This document shows positions 36,440-45,933 of a stretch of DNA of 64,000 nt, piece by piece; positions within the stretch are counted from its first letter, which is position 1; each line of letters begins with the position of its first letter. The stretch lies in the sequence record OR352954. One strand, given 5' to 3'. The notes under the pieces are model-generated. The model was given only the letters and a program-made list of their open reading frames with translations, was not told the origin of the DNA and did not search any database. A program made the position numbers and the translations under genes. The stretch comes from Escherichia phage AV124.

Positions 36440-38431
36440 ATGATAATCGAGCGTAATGAGAAGAAGGTAGAAGTTAGTACCAACGTCAAACGCTATCAAG
36501 CTGGTATCGCGATCAATGCTGAAACTTTCAGTATCTTGATCGATGGTATTTATGAGGACAAGATCCTTGCTGCCTGTCGTGAACCCCTGTTCAATGCGGT
36601 AGATGCACACACAGAAGCCGGATGCCGGGACAAACCGATTATCATCCACTCCCCAACGGACTTGGAACCGTGGTATTCTGTCAAGGATGGTGGTATTGGG
36701 ATGGACTTTGACATGGTTACCCAGACCTTCATGATGCTGGGATCGTCCACTAAACGTGAATCCAACGATCTGATCGGTGCGAAAGGTATTGGTTCCAAGG
36801 CCCCGTTCACCGTTACGGACATGTTCAGTGTCATCTCTATCAAAGATGGTACTAAAACTGTGTACTCTGTTCATAAAGACCAAGGTATTCCTGAGGTTGT
36901 TCCTCTTCACGAGTCTAAAACCATAGAAGAAAATGGTGTTGAAATCAAATTCAACGTTGATCCGACAGAGACTGAGAAATACCGCCGTGCAATTATTAGT
37001 TGCCTGCGTTATGCTAAGTTCCCTTACGAGATCAATGACCCGTTTGTGACTTCATCTATTCGAGACCGTACCTACCCGGTGCAGTATACGTTCAAAGATG
37101 AAGAATCTGGTTGGATGCTGGAAATGTATTCGTCGGTATCTAACAACGCCGATAGCGTTGTGGTTATGGGACAACAGCCATACAAGTCAAAGTTTCTGAG
37201 CAATAACCCTGAATGGCCTTTAATGATGGTTTCCATTCCGATCGGGGATTGTGACGTAAACCCAGGACGTGAATGGACTATCGAGGGTAAGAATGACCGT
37301 GGATTCGAAGAGCGTCTTAAGGCATTTGTCCAGACTGCCCTTGATCGTCGTGGTGAAGAAATCTATCATGAACTCCGTAAGCTTTCAAATCTGGCTGATG
37401 TATTAGCTTATATGAAGCGGGTAGGTGGTTGGTTTGCCACTAAATATGGTGCAAAGTACATCGCAGAACTCTTCGCAGAGCACACTAACTCTTTGAATAT
37501 TAAAGAGTGCGTGACTTATAATGGTCATGGTGAAAAGCGGAGGATGGATAAGACATACTCTTACACAGACATGATGAACGGCTTCCACCTTGTCTACAAC
37601 GATATTAATAAACTTGTTCGTAGCCGTTGTAATCAGTTATTTGATGTAACAGGCAAGGCCGTCTATCTGACGGACAATCTTGGTGTGGCACAAATGTGTG
37701 ATAATCCATTCTTTGCGGGAATGGTCCATAAGCTGTCGGATTTGGAAAAGCGTCCAGCATCGAAATCGGATAAAAAGTATGGCGGATATAGCCTGTATGA
37801 ACCAGGGCATCCAGTATGGATCATTGAGCAGAGTGGAGCTATTAGGAAAACACGTATCTCCCGTGCGGAATTTGATGATATCAAATATGCCATGGTCTAT
37901 TCTGGTGGTCAGGCACGAGGGACTTGTGACCTTGGGTCTACGGCGTACCTTTCTAACCGTCATCAACCGGAGACCTTCTTGTCAGATCTTGGTATTGATG
38001 ATAAATTATACATCGTACCTTTAAACCGAGTGAGTTGGCTGGATGATGATGTTAGGATGATTACACAGGACGACCTTTATAAGGTTGCAAGTTCAAACCT
38101 GTTGGATTATCATCTTAGTCAGTTAACCAGACAGCGTGAGTATCGCTCTCTCTTGGACGACTTAAAGGGAATAGGTGTAGAGGTTGTCAAAGATCCTGAA
38201 TACAAGCAAAAGGTTAATATGGCTAACACTCTTTACAATATTAAAGGTTATTATAGTGCAGAAAGAACTGCGAAGAGAATCATCAATGGACGTATTCGTG
38301 TTGGGAAAAGTCTGATTAACAAGGTAAAAGAGCGTTACCCGTTGCTGAAACACGTCCCGATGCAACATTTTAACTCACCAGAGGTGGTTGAGTACCGTAA
38401 ATTTATTGATAGCAAAGGAGAAAATAAATGA
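36440..38431 (+). CDS. rIIA: rIIA protector from prophage-induced early lysis (GHKL ATPase-like N-terminus)
   Basis: N-terminal 150 aa align closely with T4 rIIA (MII..E, REPLFNAVDAH, VKDGGIGMD, ESNDLIGAKGIGSKAPF). Confidence 0.8.
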   Translation: MIIERNEKKVEVSTNVKRYQAGIAINAETFSILIDGIYEDKILAACREPLFNAVDAHTEAGCRDKPIIIHSPTDLEPWYSVKDGGIGMDFDMVTQTFMMLGSSTKRESNDLIGAKGIGSKAPFTVTDMFSVISIKDGTKTVYSVHKDQGIPEVVPLHESKTIEENGVEIKFNVDPTETEKYRRAIISCLRYAKFPYEINDPFVTSSIRDRTYPVQYTFKDEESGWMLEMYSSVSNNADSVVVMGQQPYKSKFLSNNPEWPLMMVSIPIGDCDVNPGREWTIEGKNDRGFEERLKAFVQTALDRRGEEIYHELRKLSNLADVLAYMKRVGGWFATKYGAKYIAELFAEHTNSLNIKECVTYNGHGEKRRMDKTYSYTDMMNGFHLVYNDINKLVRSRCNQLFDVTGKAVYLTDNLGVAQMCDNPFFAGMVHKLSDLEKRPASKSDKKYGGYSLYEPGHPVWIIEQSGAIRKTRISRAEFDDIKYAMVYSGGQARGTCDLGSTAYLSNRHQPETFLSDLGIDDKLYIVPLNRVSWLDDDVRMITQDDLYKVASSNLLDYHLSQLTRQREYRSLLDDLKGIGVEVVKDPEYKQKVNMANTLYNIKGYYSAERTAKRIINGRIRVGKSLINKVKERYPLLKHVPMQHFNSPEVVEYRKFIDSKGENK

Positions 38432-39663
38432 GCAATCTTTTTAAATCCCGTGCAGATGCTCGTGTTTGTGCTGCAAGTCGTGGTATGAAAGTTGTGGACC
38501 GTGGTGTATCTCCGGCGGTCCTGGCAGAGGGGCGTTGGATGGTTGTCCCCAAAGACAGTATTGGTGCTTCCCCGGAAAAGACGATTTCCTTCGATATGGA
38601 AACTTACCCTGCGCCAACTGCTTCTATGTTCTTTGCGAGTCGGGGAGAAGCCCGAGCATTCTCTAAGACTGTACAGAATGCGAAGATTATCGATCATGCA
38701 AAGACAACAGCAGGACATGACAAAGAGGAGGGGGTTGTCAAGGACCTTGGCAAGCGTGGTAAGCGCTGGGAAGTGGTGTTCGTAGTTTCTGATGTAGAAG
38801 TGAGCATTACTGTTCCTCAGCTTCCAGAACCTACACCTGTGCCTATTAAGATTTCGGTTGTTGATGACACGAAAGCTGATCCCATTGTCATCATGACACC
38901 AGGCAACGTTTCCATCACACTTCCCGATGGAACTATTCATACTCTGGGCAGTAACAGCGAAATCTTTAACGACGTTGGTATGTTACTGTTAAACAACAAG
39001 ATCGACGAAGCCGTAGCTCTTATTGAGGCGGGAATCGCTGCAAAAGCTGAGGTGGCAATCGATCTTGGACCGGATATGAAGCTACTCGACGGTGTTCTAT
39101 ACTGGCACGGCATCAAACAAGAAAGCGGTATTGCTCGCCGTATTGTTTCGGATATCGAGACCGGGAAGTTCGATAACCGTTATGTTGAGTTCATGCGTAA
39201 ACTGATGCTCAACCCTTCTTACAAATCGGTTGAAATGCTGTACGACTTCCTGGAGCATAACAAGTTTGAGATCCTGGAGAATGGCAACATCTTGGCCTAC
39301 AAGGGGCTTAAACGCACTGAGAATGGTCCTCGTGACTGGTTCACAGGCTTGGTCCCTAACTGGGCTAACACCACCGTCACGATGCCAAGAAACATGGTTG
39401 AAGATGACCCAACCAAAGCTTGTAGTCAAGGGCTGCACATCGCTTCCAAGGAATATGCCCGCGATTATGGCAATGTGGTTGAGGTTTCTGTTGACCCGGC
39501 AGACATTGTTAGCGTACCATATAACTACAATAACAAGAAATGCCGATGCTGCCGCTATGAAGTATTGACAGGAAAAGAAAAGCCAGCAGGTGCTCCTGAT
39601 GTTATTGTTGTGGGTGTAAGGGGTGCTATCCTGGACGAAATTTATCTCGATAAGGAGGATTAA
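38428..39663 (+). CDS. rIIB: rIIB protector from prophage-induced early lysis
   Basis: C-terminal region matches T4 rIIB (CSQGLHIASKEY vs CSRGLHVCSKSY; IVSVPYNYNNKKCRCCRYEV vs VVSIPIDYNDAKMRTCQYEV); directly downstream of rIIA. Confidence 0.75.
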   Translation: MSNLFKSRADARVCAASRGMKVVDRGVSPAVLAEGRWMVVPKDSIGASPEKTISFDMETYPAPTASMFFASRGEARAFSKTVQNAKIIDHAKTTAGHDKEEGVVKDLGKRGKRWEVVFVVSDVEVSITVPQLPEPTPVPIKISVVDDTKADPIVIMTPGNVSITLPDGTIHTLGSNSEIFNDVGMLLLNNKIDEAVALIEAGIAAKAEVAIDLGPDMKLLDGVLYWHGIKQESGIARRIVSDIETGKFDNRYVEFMRKLMLNPSYKSVEMLYDFLEHNKFEILENGNILAYKGLKRTENGPRDWFTGLVPNWANTTVTMPRNMVEDDPTKACSQGLHIASKEYARDYGNVVEVSVDPADIVSVPYNYNNKKCRCCRYEVLTGKEKPAGAPDVIVVGVRGAILDEIYLDKED

Positions 39664-40970
39664 TGTCTGATTTTGGAGTGGGAACGGAAGAGGCCTTAGG
39701 TGCTATCATTGAAGGCAAAAACGTTTTCATTACGGGGCCGGGGGGCAGTGGCAAGAGCCATCTGATCAAAACAATCCAATCCCTGTATCCAAGTTCAACA
39801 TTAACAGTGGCCCCGACAGGGGTCGCTTCACTTAATGTTGATGGAATGACAACTCATCGAGCTTTCGGGTTATCAATGGGGATAGCCACAGAAGATGATG
39901 GTAAGACAGTAAAAACTAAACCTAAAAAACTTTTAAAAAGCAAATCTCTTGAGCGTATCATTATTGATGAAATATCTATGGTCCGAGCCGACAAATTGTG
40001 GGAAATGGATCAGAAACTGCGTGTTGCGAGAAGGGAGCCTAAGAAAGCTTTCGGCGGTCTTCAGGTCATCATGTTTGGTGATTTCTTTCAGAACCCTCCC
40101 GTTCTGACAGAGTCTGAAGAAAACGCTTACTTTGAACTCCACAGCACAGAATTATCTTGTTTCTCAGACACTTGGGGAGAGATAAGTCCATACCCTGTGC
40201 TTCTTGACAAGATTTATCGTCAAAACAGCGTGCATTTTTCATCGCTATTGAATCATATGAGGAAAGGCGAGCGTATTGATGAAATAGTTAAATTCCTCAA
40301 CAATCAGTGCTATTCAAAGGGTGCAGCACTGAATGCGATTACCCTAACTTCAACTAATGCCGCAGCGGAGCGTATCAACAAAAAGCATTACGATCAGATA
40401 CCGGGTGAAGAGGTTATTTACAAAGCCTCCAAAACAGGAGATTTTGCCCAGCGTCCAGTTGCTGAGAGTCTACACCTCAAGGTAGGGACTCGTGTCATGA
40501 TCACCGTTAATGATCAGAATCCAGATGAAGACGGTCCTAAATTTGTCAACGGAACGAGGGGTATTATCAAGGCTCTCGGAAAATTTTCGGTAGATGTTGA
40601 GCTGGAAAATGGTAAGATCGTAGAGATCGAAAAGAATGTGTGGGAGAATGTAGAATACTTCCCAAGAAAGGTTATCAAGAATGGTAAGACTGAAGAGGAA
40701 TTGGAAAAGATTGTTGTTGGAACATACACAAACTTGCCCATTCGCCTTGGTTATGCAGTGACCATTCACAAAGCTCAAGGCTTGACTTTGCCAGAGGTTA
40801 ATATAGACTTTGGTTATGGAGCTTTTGCTCCTGGGATGGCCTATGTTGCCTTTAGCAGGGCCACTTCTACAAAAGGTTTAAGATTGTTGCGTCCGGTTAA
40901 AGAACGTGATATTATCGTAGACCAAAGAATTGTTAAATTCTACAAAGACACATTCCCAGGAAAATTTTAG
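39663..40970 (+). CDS. SF1B DNA helicase, Dda/RecD-like
   Basis: Walker A ITGPGGSGKSH, Walker B IIIDEISMV, C-terminal TIHKAQGLT motif. Confidence 0.75.
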   Translation: MSDFGVGTEEALGAIIEGKNVFITGPGGSGKSHLIKTIQSLYPSSTLTVAPTGVASLNVDGMTTHRAFGLSMGIATEDDGKTVKTKPKKLLKSKSLERIIIDEISMVRADKLWEMDQKLRVARREPKKAFGGLQVIMFGDFFQNPPVLTESEENAYFELHSTELSCFSDTWGEISPYPVLLDKIYRQNSVHFSSLLNHMRKGERIDEIVKFLNNQCYSKGAALNAITLTSTNAAAERINKKHYDQIPGEEVIYKASKTGDFAQRPVAESLHLKVGTRVMITVNDQNPDEDGPKFVNGTRGIIKALGKFSVDVELENGKIVEIEKNVWENVEYFPRKVIKNGKTEEELEKIVVGTYTNLPIRLGYAVTIHKAQGLTLPEVNIDFGYGAFAPGMAYVAFSRATSTKGLRLLRPVKERDIIVDQRIVKFYKDTFPGKF

Positions 40971-40979
40971 GAGAAAATA

Positions 40980-41438
40980 ATGGCATCATATTCTCGTCTG
41001 GAGCTGGTAGAAAAGTTCCGCAAAGAACTTGAAGTATGGAATCAATGGCAGGTTCCTCGCTCTGAAAAAGCTATGGACACTACCCACATCCAAATGGCCT
41101 CTCTTGACGAGATGATGTCTGCTTATGGGTATGTCCCTCGTCGTCTTTCGAACTTCCCAGAAGTTAAAGATGGTCGCTTTGGCTACCAGCTTGCATTCCC
41201 TCGATGTAAAAAGATTTGTCGCCCATTCTTTATCTCGTTACAGGATGCAGTTAGCATCCATAATGGCAATGGGTACAAGGGGAATCCATTCCGTAGGTTG
41301 GGGGATCGCATGAGTTTTGCTCTACAGAACCGTATTGTTGAGCAGGTGGCGGTTCAGAGGGATAAGTCTTTGGAAGGTGGTATCAAATCAACTAAGAAGT
41401 GGATTAAGTTCTATGAGGAGAACAAAAATGCAGGTTGA
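40980..41438 (+). CDS. hypothetical protein
   Basis: ORF in array. Confidence 0.45.
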   Translation: MASYSRLELVEKFRKELEVWNQWQVPRSEKAMDTTHIQMASLDEMMSAYGYVPRRLSNFPEVKDGRFGYQLAFPRCKKICRPFFISLQDAVSIHNGNGYKGNPFRRLGDRMSFALQNRIVEQVAVQRDKSLEGGIKSTKKWIKFYEENKNAG

Positions 41439-41610
41439 AGATTTTACCGACTTGAGTAAGGTAACAACAGAAAAGCTAATGAAACTCCGTGATATCGCTC
41501 AAGATTATCACGATGAGATGCAGCAAGCTGAACTGGAAGCGTGGGAAAGACTCCAAGATATAATTCATGAAATTGTCAAGAGGGCGAAGAATGTTCAAAC
41601 GTCTAATTAA
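41428..41610 (+). CDS. hypothetical small protein
   Basis: Track ORF trimmed to ATG after GAGGAGAA. Confidence 0.35.
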   Translation: MQVEDFTDLSKVTTEKLMKLRDIAQDYHDEMQQAELEAWERLQDIIHEIVKRAKNVQTSN

Positions 41611-41905
41611 CTGGCTCTTTGCCAAAGAGGATGACACCACAGAAAATGAAGTTCGGGTATTCGACTTCACAGAGCAAGGGCCTGGTCATGACATCACTAT
41701 GCGAGTAATCAATGATGGTGAATATGCAGAGGCAGTGGTTGCCCTGAAACTTGCGGATCTGCCGCCTGCGGTTGGTGACTTCATTGTCGTAGTTTTAGAT
41801 GGTGTCCACAATACTTTTGTGGTAGAAACAGTGGAAGGCGTGAGCCTGACAGTTACTAAATTGACCCTGACTCGTTATGAAGGTGCAGAAGATGAAACAT
41901 CGTGA
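41591..41905 (+). CDS. hypothetical protein
   Basis: Track ORF trimmed to ATG after GAGGG. Confidence 0.4.
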   Translation: MFKRLINWLFAKEDDTTENEVRVFDFTEQGPGHDITMRVINDGEYAEAVVALKLADLPPAVGDFIVVVLDGVHNTFVVETVEGVSLTVTKLTLTRYEGAEDETS

Positions 41906-42374
41906 AAATATTTGTAAGCTTATTGATGATTTGAAGCGCATCGCAAGACAAGCAACACCAGGTAAGTGGTGGATAGATTCACATGGCCATGCTATGGTTG
42001 CATTTTCAACGGAAGATGCTGGCATGGAAACAGTGTTTGTGACAGACGGGAATATGGGTCCGGTTGTGCGCCATGAGAACACAGGTAATCTCTCGGCTTG
42101 GCGCAATGATATGGATGCAACATACATTGCGACTGCCTGCCCTCAGAATGTGCTGGCAGTTCTGGAATATCTAAGTTCTGGTGCTAACGCGTGGAATACC
42201 ATAAGCACTTATATGGAAACTCGCCTGCATGGTGATGCAGCCGCTTTACGTAATGATGTAAGCCGGAAGTTGTTTGATGACGGTTGTCATAGTGCAGCAA
42301 TCCATGCAATTCAGTTTATCGAGGCACTGATTGACCAGAATATTGAATTAAAGGCCGAACTGGAGTCTAAATGA
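41892..42374 (+). CDS. Ead/Ea22-like protein
   Basis: QATPGKWW motif characteristic of the Ead/Ea22 family; start ambiguous (41877 or 41892). Confidence 0.45.
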   Translation: MKHRENICKLIDDLKRIARQATPGKWWIDSHGHAMVAFSTEDAGMETVFVTDGNMGPVVRHENTGNLSAWRNDMDATYIATACPQNVLAVLEYLSSGANAWNTISTYMETRLHGDAAALRNDVSRKLFDDGCHSAAIHAIQFIEALIDQNIELKAELESK

Positions 42375-42607
42375 TAAAAGATTGTTTTGGGAATGAGGCG
42401 AGAGTTGGCGACAAGATCGCCTTCTCTCAAGGCAATGCTGGAGCAAAAAAGTGGGAATTCGGGGAGATTACCCGGATAACCGATAAGTGCATATATTTTC
42501 ATGGTCGCGCCGGGGGAATGTTCCGTGACTGGCGTGATGATACCGAGCTTCGCCGTGGAGAAGGCGCGTTCGTAATTAATTTAGAAGCGAGAGGACTTAA
42601 TGAGTAA
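42371..42607 (+). CDS. hypothetical protein
   Basis: ATGA overlap with upstream gene. Confidence 0.45.
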   Translation: MIKDCFGNEARVGDKIAFSQGNAGAKKWEFGEITRITDKCIYFHGRAGGMFRDWRDDTELRRGEGAFVINLEARGLNE

Positions 42608-42884
42608 AGCCGCACTTCCTGTAGAGATCGAATTCAGTTATGACCACCCTACTGCTGGTGTCGTCACCGTCGAAGCACTTTATTCTGTGATGGAAGGCGA
42701 CCGTAACAGTCGTGAAAGCGATGTAGATTACAACGGTTTCCAGGATCTGGAGTATTATGCTGTATTCTCTGGAGATAAACAGATCTACGTTGACATTCCA
42801 GATGATGTCCTATACCATCATTTACGCGAGTATATCCGCAATCTTGAAATTGTAGGTTGCTTCCAGGAAGAGGAGGATTTTTAA
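42600..42884 (+). CDS. hypothetical protein
   Basis: ORF in array. Confidence 0.45.
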   Translation: MSKAALPVEIEFSYDHPTAGVVTVEALYSVMEGDRNSRESDVDYNGFQDLEYYAVFSGDKQIYVDIPDDVLYHHLREYIRNLEIVGCFQEEEDF

Positions 42885-43102
42885 TGAAACACGAAGTTAA
42901 AGTCGTTGAATTCGAATTCGGTAAACACAGAGGTCCAGACTATGTGGCTAAAGTGTTGGCAGAACATCTTGATGAAGGATATACTATCGTAGGGCAATCT
43001 GAAAGTGCTAGATATCTGACCTACACTCTAGTTAAAATTATCCCAATTTCCATGACGGGTACGGTAACAAATGCCGATCACCAAGGGGTCAGTTTCCACT
43101 AA
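42884..43102 (+). CDS. hypothetical protein
   Basis: ATG after GAGGAGGA. Confidence 0.4.
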   Translation: MKHEVKVVEFEFGKHRGPDYVAKVLAEHLDEGYTIVGQSESARYLTYTLVKIIPISMTGTVTNADHQGVSFH

Positions 43103-43805
43103 GGGAGGCCGTTTGAAGAAGAAAGTGATCATTCTTTATGATTACACTTCGGTCATGGCGCGTCCTTGGTTAGAGGCTGGCTATGAAGTTTGGACTTTTG
43201 ATGGTCAACATTCACCAGGAGTCACCCGCGAGGGTGACCTTGTTAAAGTCGGGATGTGGTTCTTCCACGACAAGACCGTTCAACAAGCTCAAGAGATCAA
43301 AGAAATGGTTGGTGACAATGTTCACATCGTCTTTGGTTTCCCGGAATGTACTCACCTGACCAATGCGGGTTCACGTCATTGGGCTAAGAAAAGAGCAGCA
43401 AACCCTAACTTCCAGAAGGAAGCAATGGAACTTTGCCTATTGGTAGAGAAGGTTGGAGATTTATATAATGTTCCGTGGGCCTTTGAAAACCCTGTCGGTG
43501 TTCTTTCTTCAATGTATCGAAAACCTGATTACATGTTTGATCCTAAGGATTACGGCGGGTATCTCCCAGCCAATGATATACACCCACTATATCCGCACGT
43601 ATACCCTCCTCAGGACGCGTATAACAAGAAGACGTGTATTTGGATGGGTAATGGCGCAAAACAGCCTGACAAGCTTCCTGTGAAGGAATTGTACAAGGAC
43701 AATCCGGGCTGGAAGAAGTGTGGTGGCAAATCCACCAAGACTAAAAATATTCGTAGTTGTACACCTCGCGGTTTTGCGGAGGCGTTTTACCAGAAAAATA
43801 AATGA
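43071..43805 (+). CDS. DNA cytosine-5 methyltransferase-like protein with degenerate SAM-binding motif (start ambiguous; alternative TTG at 43113)
   Basis: LEAGYEV (post-motif I region), FGFPECTHLTNAG (motif IV-like PC), AFENPVG (motif VI-like ENV); canonical FxGxGG replaced by YDYTSVMARP. Confidence 0.35.
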   Translation: MPITKGSVSTKGGRLKKKVIILYDYTSVMARPWLEAGYEVWTFDGQHSPGVTREGDLVKVGMWFFHDKTVQQAQEIKEMVGDNVHIVFGFPECTHLTNAGSRHWAKKRAANPNFQKEAMELCLLVEKVGDLYNVPWAFENPVGVLSSMYRKPDYMFDPKDYGGYLPANDIHPLYPHVYPPQDAYNKKTCIWMGNGAKQPDKLPVKELYKDNPGWKKCGGKSTKTKNIRSCTPRGFAEAFYQKNK

Positions 43806-45877
43806 GAGGGATAATGGGAAATGGACCGGATTGGGCGGCGTATCGCAAAGGCGGCAATGAAAACCCAAGAGCAGGTTTTGGAAGTAATCGCGGAGGCAAG
43901 TTGAGTTATAGTAACAATCGAGTAGAAGAGACCCTGGAATCAGTGCTGTCTGGCACCCGCATCATGGCTGTTCCCGAAATGAGTCTCTCTCTTGAAGCAG
44001 CACAGTATTTTAAGATCCGTTCTGCGGTATCCCCGGCGGATGGTATCACCCCGGTAGCAACATACTTGCCATATTATGATAAGTATGGGAAACTGACAGG
44101 ATTCAAGAAACGTGACTGGACGCTACAAAAGGAGAAGACGGGACACTTTTCAACTGTTGGCGCTGTGAAGGCATCATCTCAGTTCTTCGGGCAGCATGAA
44201 GCCTCTATGGGTGTTGGTCGTAAACAGATCAATATCGTAGAAGGTGAAGGTGACGTATGCGCAGCATGGCAGGCAGCGTATGAGATGGTCAAGGCTATGT
44301 CTACCAGCCCAAAAGCCAGTAAAGGCGTTAAGGACTGGGCCGATAGCATCCTAAAAGGTATCCGTCATATCCAGAACGACGAAGACATTGGCGGTCTTCC
44401 GACACTACCTTATGTCGGATTAAACTGTGGTACTGCAAACGCTGTTGATACTTTCGCAAACAACGAAAAGTTCATTCGCAGTTATGAGAAGGTAGTCTTA
44501 GGTTTTGATAACGATGAAGCAACAGCGTTAGAAAAAGAAAAGAAAATAAAGAAAGGTAAAGAAGCAACCGACGATGTAGCCAGCTTCCTGCTGTCAGAAA
44601 ACATTTACGTTGTGCGATATCCCAACGAGCGTAATGACCCGGATGGCTTTAAAGACATTCGTGACATGTTTGATGCTGGTAAGATACGTGAACTTTACGC
44701 AATGTTCACCAAAGCAGACGATCGCTATGTTCCTGATAAATTGATCGGTCTTAAGGATATCACCATTGAAAACCTTCGTAAGAAGAAAAAAGATGGTGTT
44801 CCATTACCGGGTATGCCGGGGCTTTACAACCTTACCAGAGGCCCTCGTACTGGTGAGCTTTGGACATTGACCGGGCCGTCTGGTGGTGGTAAGTCTACAA
44901 TCTCTCGTAAGATTGAATACGCAATCATTGATTATCTTCGTGATATGTCAATTCCCCGCCTCGATGGCTGGACCGAGAGTGAGAAAGTAGCTATCATCCG
45001 GCTGGAAGAGGATGAAGAAGAGTCTGTAAACAGCTTGTATGCTGAAGAGCTGAAGGTGGACCCTAAGGCATTTGTTGCTGACCCGGAGCAGTTCTTAACC
45101 GAAGAGCAACACCTTGAAATTCACCAACGCTGGATTAGGGAAGATAAGATTAAGATCTTCGATCACTTTGGTTCTATCCCGACAGACCAGCTTATTCAGA
45201 AACTTAAGCAGATGGTGTTCCTTGATGGTTGTAAATGGATCATCCTCGATCACCTGTCGATGGTAATCTCTGGTCTTAAGTCCGACAACGAACGTCGAGA
45301 CCTTGATAACATCATGACCGAGCTGGCGGCTTTCTGTAAGAAGTACGATGTTTTCATCTTATCAATCAGTCACATGAAGCGTAAAGAACTTCAGCTTCCG
45401 AAAGATAAAGATGGGAATCTATTACCGTTCTGGTATCCGGTCCGTAAAGAAGACCTGCGCGGTTCTGCGGCCCTTGAACAACTCTCATGGGTGGTTCTGG
45501 GTGTTGAACCAGAAGAGCTTCCTGACCGCTCCCGTGGACGTGTACGTATCGTGGTGCTGAAGAACCGCCCACACAAAAAACTGGGTATCGCTGATACAAT
45601 GGTTATGGATGACAACGGGCAGTTCTCCGATGCTTCCGGCTGGGAATGGGAAGATGGGATGTTCAAGCTTAATGGTGAAGTTATGCTTCGTCCTCAGAGT
45701 CTGATCCATCAACTCTCTCTGGAAACTCCGGTTGGAAAGGTAAATGTTCCGGCACCTGAGTATAAGCCAACCATCGATCTTGATAGGACACCAGTCCCTA
45801 CTCTTGATCCTGACGATGATACGCCTTTCGCCCCGATAGGATTGCAATACGCAAAACATGCAATTTATGTAATTTAA
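43802..45877 (+). CDS. primase-helicase (TOPRIM primase fused to DnaB-like helicase, T7 gp4-like)
   Basis: TOPRIM motifs IVEGEGD and GFDNDEA; helicase Walker A GPSGGGKST and DnaB-like WIILDHLS. Confidence 0.8.
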   Translation: MRGIMGNGPDWAAYRKGGNENPRAGFGSNRGGKLSYSNNRVEETLESVLSGTRIMAVPEMSLSLEAAQYFKIRSAVSPADGITPVATYLPYYDKYGKLTGFKKRDWTLQKEKTGHFSTVGAVKASSQFFGQHEASMGVGRKQINIVEGEGDVCAAWQAAYEMVKAMSTSPKASKGVKDWADSILKGIRHIQNDEDIGGLPTLPYVGLNCGTANAVDTFANNEKFIRSYEKVVLGFDNDEATALEKEKKIKKGKEATDDVASFLLSENIYVVRYPNERNDPDGFKDIRDMFDAGKIRELYAMFTKADDRYVPDKLIGLKDITIENLRKKKKDGVPLPGMPGLYNLTRGPRTGELWTLTGPSGGGKSTISRKIEYAIIDYLRDMSIPRLDGWTESEKVAIIRLEEDEEESVNSLYAEELKVDPKAFVADPEQFLTEEQHLEIHQRWIREDKIKIFDHFGSIPTDQLIQKLKQMVFLDGCKWIILDHLSMVISGLKSDNERRDLDNIMTELAAFCKKYDVFILSISHMKRKELQLPKDKDGNLLPFWYPVRKEDLRGSAALEQLSWVVLGVEPEELPDRSRGRVRIVVLKNRPHKKLGIADTMVMDDNGQFSDASGWEWEDGMFKLNGEVMLRPQSLIHQLSLETPVGKVNVPAPEYKPTIDLDRTPVPTLDPDDDTPFAPIGLQYAKHAIYVI

Positions 45878-45933
45878 TACCAACTGAGAGGTGGGCGACG
45901 GTACAGTCTAGCCCACTTTGAATAGGAGGAATC

